Origin: Planctomycetota bacterium
GTDB taxonomy: Bacteria; Planctomycetota; UBA1135; UBA2386
Length of the DNA: 64,000 bases
Assembly: GCA_965228735.1 (NCBI GenBank)
Contig: OZ245838.1
Span: 4,864,001-4,928,000 of the forward strand
Reading direction: 5' to 3'
Positions within the stretch are counted from its first letter, which is position 1. Each line of letters begins with the position of its first letter. Below, piece after piece: positions 9,958 to 18,052 of this stretch. Under the pieces are notes generated by a model that was not told the DNA's origin, ran no database searches, and saw only the letters and a list, made by a program, of their open reading frames with translations. The position numbers and the translations under genes were made by a program.

Positions 9958-11112
9958 TCAGTCCTTGCTGACGTCGAGCCAGCTGCGTTCCTTGGCCGAC
10001 GCGAGCACGGCCTCGCAGACCTGTTGCGTCGCCTGCGCGTCGCGGAACGTCGGCCCGACGGACTTGCCCTCGCCCAGGGCGATGAGGAAGTCGGCGAACT
10101 GGTGCACGAACGAGTGCTCGTAGCCGATCGAAAGCCCCGGCACCCACCACTTGTCCATGTACGGCATGTCACCGTCGGTCACGTGGATCGAGCGCCACCC
10201 GCGCGTGCGCGACTCGTCGCGGTGGTCGAAGTATTCGAGTCGGTGCAGGTCGTGCAGGTCCCAGCGGATCGATGCGTGCTCACCGTTGATCTCGAACGTG
10301 TAGAGCGCCTTGTGGCCGCGCGCGTAGCGCGTCGACTCGAACAGCCCGAGCGAGCCGTTGTCGAAGCGGCAGAGGAACGCGCACGCGTCGTCGATGCCGA
10401 CGGGCTCGACCTTGCCCGTCAGGTTGTGCATGCGTTCTTTCACGAAGGTCTCCGTCATCGCCGTGACGTTCTTGATGCCGCCGTTGAGCCAGAGCGCGGT
10501 GTCGATGCAGTGCGCGAGCAGGTCGCCGGTCACGCCGCTGCCCGCGGCCTTGTCGTCGAGGCGCCACAGCCCGGCGCCGCCCTGCGGCAGGTCCTCGCTG
10601 ATCGTCCAGTCCTGCAGGAACTGCGCGCGGTAGTGGTAGATCCGCCCGAGCTTGCCCTCGTCGATGAGCTGCTTGCTGAGCGTCACGGCCGGCACGCGGC
10701 GGTAGTTGTACCAGACCGTGTTGGCGACGCCGGCCGCCTCGATCGCGGCGACCATCTCGGCGCCTTCGGCGGCCGTGCGGGCGAGCGGCTTCTCGCACAT
10801 CACGATCTTGCCGGCCTTGGCCGCGGCGATCGCGATGTCCTTGTGACTGTCGTTGGGCGTGCAGATGTCGACGGCGTCGATGTCGTCGCGCGCGATCACG
10901 GTTCGCCAGTCCGTCTCTGCCGACTCGAAGCCCCACTGCTTCGCGAACGCGGCGGCCGCGCCGTCGCTGCGGGCACAGACCGCCTGCAGCACCGGCTCGA
11001 ACGGCAGGTCGAAGAAGTTGGGCGCCTTCTTGTAGGCGTTGCTGTGGGCCCGACCCATGAAGCCGGTGCCGATGAGGCCGATGCGGAACGGCTTCTTCAC
11101 GTTGTCACTCAT
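9958..11112 (-). CDS. Gfo/Idh/MocA family oxidoreductase
   Basis: [33 protein letters not shown]. Confidence 0.93.
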   Translation of the reverse strand: MSDNVKKPFRIGLIGTGFMGRAHSNAYKKAPNFFDLPFEPVLQAVCARSDGAAAAFAKQWGFESAETDWRTVIARDDIDAVDICTPNDSHKDIAIAAAKAGKIVMCEKPLARTAAEGAEMVAAIEAAGVANTVWYNYRRVPAVTLSKQLIDEGKLGRIYHYRAQFLQDWTISEDLPQGGAGLWRLDDKAAGSGVTGDLLAHCIDTALWLNGGIKNVTAMTETFVKERMHNLTGKVEPVGIDDACAFLCRFDNGSLGLFESTRYARGHKALYTFEINGEHASIRWDLHDLHRLEYFDHRDESRTRGWRSIHVTDGDMPYMDKWWVPGLSIGYEHSFVHQFADFLIALGEGKSVGPTFRDAQATQQVCEAVLASAKERSWLDVSKD

Positions 11113-11140
11113 GATCGTGGTTCCTTCCTTCCGGTGCCTC

Positions 11141-12193
11141 TCAGTTCCAGCCGTGCGCGTCGCGCACCGCCATCATCGCGGCGAGGATGTCGTTCCAGGT
11201 CTGCGCCTCCGCCATCACGCTGTTGGGGAACATGCAGCCGTCCCAGCACAGGTGCTGCACGGACTTCGTCACCTCGCCGTCCGCATCGCGCAGCCAGAAG
11301 CCGGCGTAGTGCGGAATGTCGAGCTTGCCGTTCGGATCCTTCGGCAGGCAGTGGCGCCCCGTCTTGTCGTGCGAACCCGAACCGAACACCGTCGCGTCGT
11401 TCTGCGCGACGTGGAAGTCCATGACCCACGGCCGCAGCGCTGCCGTCATCTCGCGGTAGGCCGCGTCGAGACCCTCGCGGTCACCCCACTGGTAGTCCTC
11501 CGGCAGGATGCGATCCTCGGCCGCGTTGTAGCCGAGCGTGTAGAGCAGGGTGTGCGCCATGTCGGCCTGGAAGCCGACGGTGTTCGGCCGATCGACGAGC
11601 GCGAGCAGCTCGGCCATGCGCTTCCAGCTGTGCATGCCGCCCCAGCAGATCTCGCCCTCGGCCGCGAGCCGCTCACCGTGATCCTCGGCGATGTCCGCCG
11701 CTTTCTTGAACGTGTCCGCGATGACCTTCTGGTTGCCGTCGGGGTCCTTCTGCCAGTCGGCGACGCCCGCGGCCGAGTCGATGCGCACGATGCCGTACGG
11801 TCGGATGCCGATCTCGCGCAGGTCACGCGCGATGCGGCACGCCTTCTCGACCTGCGTGAGGAACGCCTGGCGCTCGCTCTCGTCGCCCATCGCCGAGCCG
11901 CCGCCCGTGGGCGGCCACACCGGCGCGACGAGCGAACCGACTACGAGGTTCTTGCTCGCGACCTGGTCGGCGAGCTTCTGCAGGTCGTCCTTGCTCGAAT
12001 CGATGTCGGTGTGGGGCAGCGACAAGAACAGGTCGATGCCGTCGAAGCGGTTGCCGTCGACCTCGGCGTTCGCGGTCCATTCGAGCATCTGCTCGAACGG
12101 GATCGGCGGGTTGTCCGTGCCTTCTTCCTTGCCGACGAGGCCGGGCCAGGCGGCGTTGTGGAGCTTGGGGAACGCGTTCTTCGAATCGGGCAT
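11141..12193 (-). CDS. Xylose-isomerase-like TIM barrel sugar isomerase/epimerase
   Basis: [37 protein letters not shown]; first gene of the sugar operon. Confidence 0.85.
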   Translation of the reverse strand: MPDSKNAFPKLHNAAWPGLVGKEEGTDNPPIPFEQMLEWTANAEVDGNRFDGIDLFLSLPHTDIDSSKDDLQKLADQVASKNLVVGSLVAPVWPPTGGGSAMGDESERQAFLTQVEKACRIARDLREIGIRPYGIVRIDSAAGVADWQKDPDGNQKVIADTFKKAADIAEDHGERLAAEGEICWGGMHSWKRMAELLALVDRPNTVGFQADMAHTLLYTLGYNAAEDRILPEDYQWGDREGLDAAYREMTAALRPWVMDFHVAQNDATVFGSGSHDKTGRHCLPKDPNGKLDIPHYAGFWLRDADGEVTKSVQHLCWDGCMFPNSVMAEAQTWNDILAAMMAVRDAHGWN

Positions 12194-12293
12194 GGTCAGT
12201 AGAGCCGGATTGGGGGAGCAGAGGGACCGGGCACTGTAGCCCGCCGGGGGCCGGCGCTGCAGCCGCCGTTGGATTTCGGTCAGGCCCCGAATT

Positions 12294-12357
12294 GGCTCCG
12301 CGTTGGGCTGGGTCCGCGTTGGGCTGGGTCCGCGCTGACCCGGCTCCGCGTTGACCA
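12294..12357. repeat. 16-bp tandem repeat x4 in the divergent intergenic region
   Basis: ggctccgcgttgggct / gggtccgcgttgggct / gggtccgcgctgaccc / ggctccgcgttgacca. Confidence 0.85.
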
Positions 12358-12384
12358 GGTCCGGGCGCGTGCGAAGATCGCGGC

Positions 12385-13224
12385 GTGCGCTACGGCATCA
12401 ACCTGCTGCTCTTTTCGACCCATGTCACCCGCGACCACGGCCCGCAACTGCAGTTCGTCAACGACTGCGGGTTCGACGGGGTCGAGGTCCCGTTGTTCGA
12501 GGGCGCGCCCGCGCACTACGCCGATCTCGGCGGCATGCTCGACGAGCTCGGTCTGGCGCGCACGGCGTCGACGGGTCTCGACGAGTATCACGATCCGATC
12601 CACGACAACGAGAACGTGCGGCAGGCCGCGATCGACCGCCTGCGCTGGGCCATCGACTGCGCGAGCGCGCTCGGTGCCGACGTGCTCTGCGGGCCGCTGC
12701 ACTCAGGCTACAAGGTGTTCCGCGGCCGCGGCCCGACGGACGATGAGATGCAGCGCAGCGCCGACGTGCTGCGCGCCGCAGCGGAGCACGCGGCCGAGGC
12801 CGGCATCGTGCTCGCGCCCGAGGCGCTCAACCGCTTCGAGTGCTACCTCGTGAACACGGCGGCCCAGCTGCGAGAGCTCTGCGAACGGGTCGATCATCCG
12901 GCCGTCCAGGCGCACTACGACACGCACCACATGCACCTCGAGGAACGTGACGCGGGGGCGGCCGTCCAGCACGTCGCGCCGGTGCTCGGCCACGTCCACC
13001 TGAGCGAGAACCATCGCGGCGTCCCGGGCGAGGGTCAGGTCGACTGGCGCGGGACGTTCGCGGCGCTGCAGGACGTCGGCTACGACGGTTGGTGCGTGAT
13101 CGAGGCGTTCTCGCGCCTCGACGCCGAATTCGCGGCCGCGATCCACATCTGGCGGGACCTGTTCGCGAGCCCGGAAGACGTTTGCCGCAAGGGGCTCGAG
13201 TTCATCCGCAGCGGCCTCGAGTGA
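12385..13224 (+). CDS. D-psicose/D-tagatose 3-epimerase family protein
   Basis: [36 protein letters not shown]. Confidence 0.9.
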   Translation: MRYGINLLLFSTHVTRDHGPQLQFVNDCGFDGVEVPLFEGAPAHYADLGGMLDELGLARTASTGLDEYHDPIHDNENVRQAAIDRLRWAIDCASALGADVLCGPLHSGYKVFRGRGPTDDEMQRSADVLRAAAEHAAEAGIVLAPEALNRFECYLVNTAAQLRELCERVDHPAVQAHYDTHHMHLEERDAGAAVQHVAPVLGHVHLSENHRGVPGEGQVDWRGTFAALQDVGYDGWCVIEAFSRLDAEFAAAIHIWRDLFASPEDVCRKGLEFIRSGLE

Positions 13225-14597
13225 GCGCGGCCGGGATTCGGGAGAGATTTTTGAATCGATCCCGTGACACCGCGACACCGTTGTCGTCGAGCGCGTGCCC
13301 CGACGCCGCCGCCGACCCCCGTGCGATTCCCTGCCTCGAGCCCTGCCGGTCCCGCCTGCCGTAGCGAGTTCTTCGCGGAATTCGTGTTGCAGCCGGAGCC
13401 GACCTGCACCCTGGACCCCACGGTGGATGTGCTCTGCGACAGTGACGTTGGATCCGGCGACGGCGGCCCATGCCCCGAGCGGGCGTCGGGCTGGCTGCCG
13501 CTGGTGGCGCTGTCGCCGGCCCGCTCGGCGCTCGCGGTGCGGCGGATCCTCGGGCACCTCGAGCAGCGACTCGAGACCACGGCGGGTGCCGATCCTGGAT
13601 CGGAGGGGAAGAAGGAGAGTCCGGCGAAGACGCGGCGGTAGCGGCGGGCCGGTTGGTCGCCGCCCAGGCAGACCAGACGACCCCGCCGGCCGCCGCCGCG
13701 GCTTTCCCCGACCCGGCCCCGGGATCCGGCGCGGTGGCTGGCGGTGCGCCACGGCCGTTGCGCCCACCAGCGCATGGCCAGCAGAGCGGCGCCGAGAACG
13801 GGCAGCACGACGACGCTCGCCTCGGGGCCGAAGTCGCCGCCCGAGAGCCACGCATCGCCCGCGCGTTCGTGGCGCACGAGAGTCGTGGGTTCGACGTGAC
13901 CGCTCGCGGGGAAACCGAGGATCACGCCCTGGAAATAGTTCCAGCCGATGTGCATGCCGGTCGACAGCCACAGCAGGCCGGTGGCGAGGTAGCCGTAGAG
14001 TCGCAGGAAGCCGAACACCACGATGATGAGCGTCGACAGCACGCCGGCCGCGTCGTTGCCCGCGTGGATGAGGCCGTAGAGCACGCACGAGCTCGCGATC
14101 GCGAGCCGGTGCCCGAGACCCGCGGCTAGGTTCTGAAACACGTAGCCGCGGAAGACGAGCTCTTCCCAGCAACCGACGAGAACGGCTGCGAGCAACGCCG
14201 GGCCGAGCAGGCCGAACAGCTCGCTGCCCGCCAGAGCGAACTCGACGTCGACCACGTGGCCCGTGGTCGTGAGCACGAGGAACACCGTGCCGGCCATGAG
14301 GCCGCTCAGGCCGAAACCGAAGAGCAGGTCGAAGGCAGTGACGCGGGTGAGTCGCAGCCCGAGGTCGCCCAGAGGGCGCCGATCGAGGTAGCGCCGGGCG
14401 ATCACCGTCGCACTGAGGGCGCTGCAGAACAGCAACACGATCACGAGCAGAGAGTCGCGCGGCAGGCTGCCGAGGATCGTCCGGGCCGTGATCGCCAGCG
14501 TCGCGTTGAGTCCGACGAGCAGGACGACGAACAACAGGATGCGCCAACCCGCGCGAAGTCGGGCGGCGTCCGGGTCGAAGAACAGGGCGCGGGCCAT
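13080..14597 (-). CDS. CPBP (CAAX/Abi) intramembrane metalloprotease; domain ends near 13760 but the frame stays open to 13080
   Basis: WEELVFRGY, YGLIH, GMHIGWN, GGDFGPEAS motifs; multiple TM helices. Confidence 0.85.
   Translation of the reverse strand: MARALFFDPDAARLRAGWRILLFVVLLVGLNATLAITARTILGSLPRDSLLVIVLLFCSALSATVIARRYLDRRPLGDLGLRLTRVTAFDLLFGFGLSGLMAGTVFLVLTTTGHVVDVEFALAGSELFGLLGPALLAAVLVGCWEELVFRGYVFQNLAAGLGHRLAIASSCVLYGLIHAGNDAAGVLSTLIIVVFGFLRLYGYLATGLLWLSTGMHIGWNYFQGVILGFPASGHVEPTTLVRHERAGDAWLSGGDFGPEASVVVLPVLGAALLAMRWWAQRPWRTASHRAGSRGRVGESRGGGRRGRLVCLGGDQPARRYRRVFAGLSFFPSDPGSAPAVVSSRCSRCPRIRRTASAERAGDSATSGSQPDARSGHGPPSPDPTSLSQSTSTVGSRVQVGSGCNTNSAKNSLRQAGPAGLEAGNRTGVGGGVGARARRQRCRGVTGSIQKSLPNPGRAHSRPLRMNSSPLRQTSSGLANRSRQMWIAAANSASRRENASITHQPS
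13321..13641 (+). CDS. Small hypothetical protein (start uncertain, 13264 or 13321)
   Basis: Strongly GC3-biased codons from EFFAEFVLQ to the TAG stop; no recognisable family. Confidence 0.5.
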   Translation: MRFPASSPAGPACRSEFFAEFVLQPEPTCTLDPTVDVLCDSDVGSGDGGPCPERASGWLPLVALSPARSALAVRRILGHLEQRLETTAGADPGSEGKKESPAKTRR

Positions 14598-14628
14598 GGC
14601 CGTCGGGCGCTGCGCCGCGGCGTTCCGA

Positions 14629-15561
14629 CTATTGCGGATTCGTGCCCGGGTCGCCGGTGAGTTCTCCGAGCCAGCGGTCCTGGCGGTCACCGATGCCGGC
14701 GAACCACCCCATCGTGTAGCGCGCGTTGAGCTCGCCGAGCGGCTCGAAGCGCGGGCCGCCGGCATCCTCCCAGCGATACGCATCGATCGCGAAGGGCCCG
14801 AAGTAGCCGGCGGCGTGCAGCTCGCGCGCCACCGTGGTGCCGGCGGTCGCGAGCGCGTCGAGTTCCTCGGGCGTGAGATCCGCCGCGCCGCGGGTCGTGT
14901 CCTGCCATGCACCCCGGTCGTCGTGGCGTTGCGTTGCGGGGTCGCCGAACCAGGCGGAGCCGTCCTTTCGCAGCCAGCCGTGCAGAACGAACTCGGCGAC
15001 GATGACGACGAACGGTTCGGCGAGGAGCGCGCCGTGCGCCGCGAGCGCGCCGTCGATCCAGCGGCGCTCCGGGCCGACGGGTGCGCTCGTGATCCGCTTC
15101 TGGCCGCGCCCGCTGAAGCCGAACAGACGTTTCAGCAGCCAGCCGTTCGGGGCTTCGCCGCGGCTCGTGGCGGTCTCGAGCTCGGCAACCGATCGCACGA
15201 TCGCGCGCCCGGGTAGCTCGCCGCCGAGCGCGGCTGCGAACGTGCGGTCGTTGACGTGACGCAGGACGTCGAACGGCGGCGAGTCCGGCAGCTCCAGCCC
15301 GGCGCGGGTGGCGATGGTGTGAGCGCGCGGGGTCGGGGAGAACGCCTGGCAGAGCACTGCGGCGTCCGAATCCCGGCAGGATGAACCAGGTACCGTACGC
15401 AGGGCTGTGTGGGTGGTGGAGCTGTGCGCGCGGGCGTGGGCGAGGAAGCGCTCGCCCCATTCGGCGGCTCGGGCTTGCTGGCGGTGTGAGGCGCGAAAGG
15501 CGTCGGGGTCGGCGAGTTCGAGATCCGCGTCGAGGTTCAGGATCCAGGCGACCGTGGTCAC
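14629..15561 (-). CDS. ATP-grasp fold protein of unknown substrate
   Basis: WLLKRLFGFSGRG loop, LAEPFV, GYFGPFAIDA, GELNARYTMG (ExNxR); GTG start overlaps the upstream TGA. Confidence 0.8.
   Translation of the reverse strand: MTTVAWILNLDADLELADPDAFRASHRQQARAAEWGERFLAHARAHSSTTHTALRTVPGSSCRDSDAAVLCQAFSPTPRAHTIATRAGLELPDSPPFDVLRHVNDRTFAAALGGELPGRAIVRSVAELETATSRGEAPNGWLLKRLFGFSGRGQKRITSAPVGPERRWIDGALAAHGALLAEPFVVIVAEFVLHGWLRKDGSAWFGDPATQRHDDRGAWQDTTRGAADLTPEELDALATAGTTVARELHAAGYFGPFAIDAYRWEDAGGPRFEPLGELNARYTMGWFAGIGDRQDRWLGELTGDPGTNPQ
15373..15399 (+). repeat. Single REP-like unit inside the ATP-grasp CDS
   Basis: 24/27 identity to 51859-51885. Confidence 0.6.
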
Positions 15562-16382
15562 GGCGCATCCTGGGCGTGGCGGTTCTTCGCGAGCAGTGCG
15601 AGGAACGCGGGCGGGAAGCCGGCGCGTGCGCGGCGCTCGTGGTCGAGGTCGTGGCCGCGCATCATCTTCGGGCTCAACGGCGGCCGCAGCGTTGCGCTCC
15701 AGTGCTCGAAGCGCGGCTCGTCGTCGTCGCTCCACGTGCGAAACCAGTGCAGCGCGAAGCGCACGTGCGCGACCTCTTCGTCGCCGACGATGCGCTGCAG
15801 CTCAGCGCCCGCGTGGTCGCCGACCTCTTCGAACCAGGACTCGAAGCGGCGCGTGTGATCGAGATTACCGCCCTCGAGGCCCATGCCCATGAGCGCGACG
15901 AACTCCAGCGGCGTTTCGCACTCGGCGACGCGCTGCCAGAACCAGTCGCGCACCGGGAAGTCGGCGACGGCGTGGCCGAGCGCTTCGATGTGTTCGCGGT
16001 ACAGCTGCATGTGCCGGATCTCGTCGCGGCAGATCCCCAGCAGTCCCTGCCGGAACGCCCGCGGCGTGGCCGGGAACGCGAGGATCGCCCAGCACATGAG
16101 CTCCGCGGCCTGCATCTCGTGGTGCAAGAACGTGTGGAGCAGCTGCGCGCGGCGCCGCCCGTGTCGCATCTGACCGCGCGTGACCGATCGCGGGGTCCTG
16201 GTCACGAGGTCGAACTCCGGCGGCCGCCCCGGAGCGGACAGTCGGATCGCCGGGCCCGGGTCCGCGCGCCATTCGGTCGGCGGCGTCGGTGGAGCGAGCT
16301 TGTTCGCGAGTGACTCCGTTCGGACGTACGCCGCCGCCCACTCCTCGACCGTGCGTGCTGCGGTGAGTGGGGCGTCGGTCAT
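15558..16382 (-). CDS. DUF455 ferritin-like (diiron) protein
   Basis: LLHTFLHHEMQAAEL, DEIRH, LEGGNLD, DEEVAHV. Confidence 0.85.
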   Translation of the reverse strand: MTDAPLTAARTVEEWAAAYVRTESLANKLAPPTPPTEWRADPGPAIRLSAPGRPPEFDLVTRTPRSVTRGQMRHGRRRAQLLHTFLHHEMQAAELMCWAILAFPATPRAFRQGLLGICRDEIRHMQLYREHIEALGHAVADFPVRDWFWQRVAECETPLEFVALMGMGLEGGNLDHTRRFESWFEEVGDHAGAELQRIVGDEEVAHVRFALHWFRTWSDDDEPRFEHWSATLRPPLSPKMMRGHDLDHERRARAGFPPAFLALLAKNRHAQDAP

Positions 16383-16435
16383 GCGCTCGCGAATCGGCTG
16401 GCTGCGCGACAGTCGGGCCTTGGTCGGGCCATGCG

Positions 16436-17947
16436 TCAACGCACGCGGCGCACGGTCAGGACGGCCGAGCCCGCGTTGTTGTCGTAGCGTGACTCGAGGT
16501 CGTTGACGAACACGAACAGCTCGCCGATCTCCGCCGGCTCGAACGCGCTGGCCTCGTCGGTGTGCTGCAGGACGCGGAACGGCCGCCCCGCGCCGATCGA
16601 ACCGAGCAGCTCGAACCAGTTGGCGTCGGGCAGCCGGCGGTCGTCCTCCTTCCAGCGGATGAACCACTCGCGGACGCCGAGCTGCACCGTATCGCGGGTC
16701 CACCCGTCGGGGCCGCACTCGATCTGGGCATCCTGCCAGCGCTGCGTCATGTCGACGTCGAAGACGTAGGCCTGACCCGGCACGAGGAGCACCTTCGTGT
16801 GGTTCATCATCAGGTTCGAGTGGCAGCGCAGCGGCACGCTCTCGTTCACCGCCAGTTCGCGCAGCGGCACGGCGAACGAGTGCTCGCGCAACCCCGCGTA
16901 CTCCGCGGACTGCCCGTTCGGCCACTCGATCGCGTGACGCACGCCGCGCAGTGCCGCGGGGCGGTAGTCGCGCACCATCTGGATGCGTTCGCCGGCGGAC
17001 CAGTGCACCTGCGGGGTCTCGTTGGTCGGCGCATCGTTCTCGATGACCCGGACGTCGCGGTCGGCGAGGGTGATGCGCGACAGCAGCGGCGAACGGCGCT
17101 TGACGTGCGCGATCCCGGCCGCGTTCGGCTGGATCACGACATCGTCCGGGGCGATGCGGTAGTCGGCCCCGTCGGGTTCGAGATCGCCGTACGCGATCTC
17201 GTGATCCTGCAGCAGCTGCAGGCCGAGAGCGCGACGTTCGATCTCTTCGAGCATGAACTGCAGAGCGCAGTCCGACAGACCGTCCTGACGGAAGCCGCCG
17301 CCGACGTCGGCGTGCGCGCCGGGCAGCCAGACCTCGGTGATGCGGTCCTCGGCGTTCATCAGCGTCGGCATGAACGCCTTGCGGCGCTCGTCGATCGCGA
17401 CGAGGTGCAGGGCCTCCTTCACGGCCGGCGAAACGCGGCGATTCTCGAACACGACGTCGGACACGGGCTTCTCGTCCGAGTCGAGGTTGGGGCGGCCGAT
17501 GGATGCGACGGTGTCGAACGCGCCGAGGAAGTGGACGTCGAGGCCGTCGAACCGACTCTCCTTGCGCACGATCGCCGCGAACCGACGCGCGAGCGCGGCA
17601 CCCCGGCTGAAGCCGAAGACCGCGACCCGATCACCGTCCTCGTAGTGCTCGTTCACATCGGCGACGGCCGCGCGGAGGATCGTCGCGACGTCGCGGTGCT
17701 CGGGCGAGAACAGCGAGTTCACGATGCGCTTGAACTTGTTACCGTAGGTGCCGACGCCGGAGTAGTAGAACGATCGTTGGTCGGCGAACCGCTGGCCGTC
17801 GCGCAGGTCGCCGCCGAACAGCAGGTGCAGCTTGAGCACATTGGTGATGCTGCTGTCGTCCACGTCGCCCGAGAACTCGACGTCCTGCTCCGCGTCGCGC
17901 GGGTCGTTGCAGGTGCCGTCGAAACAGAAGATCAGGGTCTTGGCCAT
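16436..17947 (-). CDS. DUF2235 (Tle1-like alpha/beta hydrolase) fused to a C-terminal PA-IL/LecA-like domain
   Basis: FCFDGT, TNVLKL, GVGT, GFSRGA, FDTV, AIDERR, GAHADVGGG; C-terminus FVNDLESRYDNNAG; RBS caggaga. Confidence 0.85.
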   Translation of the reverse strand: MAKTLIFCFDGTCNDPRDAEQDVEFSGDVDDSSITNVLKLHLLFGGDLRDGQRFADQRSFYYSGVGTYGNKFKRIVNSLFSPEHRDVATILRAAVADVNEHYEDGDRVAVFGFSRGAALARRFAAIVRKESRFDGLDVHFLGAFDTVASIGRPNLDSDEKPVSDVVFENRRVSPAVKEALHLVAIDERRKAFMPTLMNAEDRITEVWLPGAHADVGGGFRQDGLSDCALQFMLEEIERRALGLQLLQDHEIAYGDLEPDGADYRIAPDDVVIQPNAAGIAHVKRRSPLLSRITLADRDVRVIENDAPTNETPQVHWSAGERIQMVRDYRPAALRGVRHAIEWPNGQSAEYAGLREHSFAVPLRELAVNESVPLRCHSNLMMNHTKVLLVPGQAYVFDVDMTQRWQDAQIECGPDGWTRDTVQLGVREWFIRWKEDDRRLPDANWFELLGSIGAGRPFRVLQHTDEASAFEPAEIGELFVFVNDLESRYDNNAGSAVLTVRRVR

Positions 17948-18052
17948 TGGTCTCTCCTGCGGGAGGTATACGGTGGCCCGAGCCGGATTCCGCATCCGCG
18001 GTGGCGAGCCGGGCGAAATGATCCAGCGTCCGGCGCGATGCCGGCAGCGACC

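Noticed and set aside
12294..12364. Possible CRISPR array
   Set aside because: The units are contiguous 16-mers with no spacers, and no cas genes are present.
13600..13740. RNase P RNA-like words (gaaggagagtccgg, gaccagacg)
   Set aside because: They are in the wrong order, the 3' consensus is missing, and the first lies in a codon-biased ORF.
16436..17947. Type VI secretion locus
   Set aside because: No structural T6SS, vgrG or PAAR genes are in the window.
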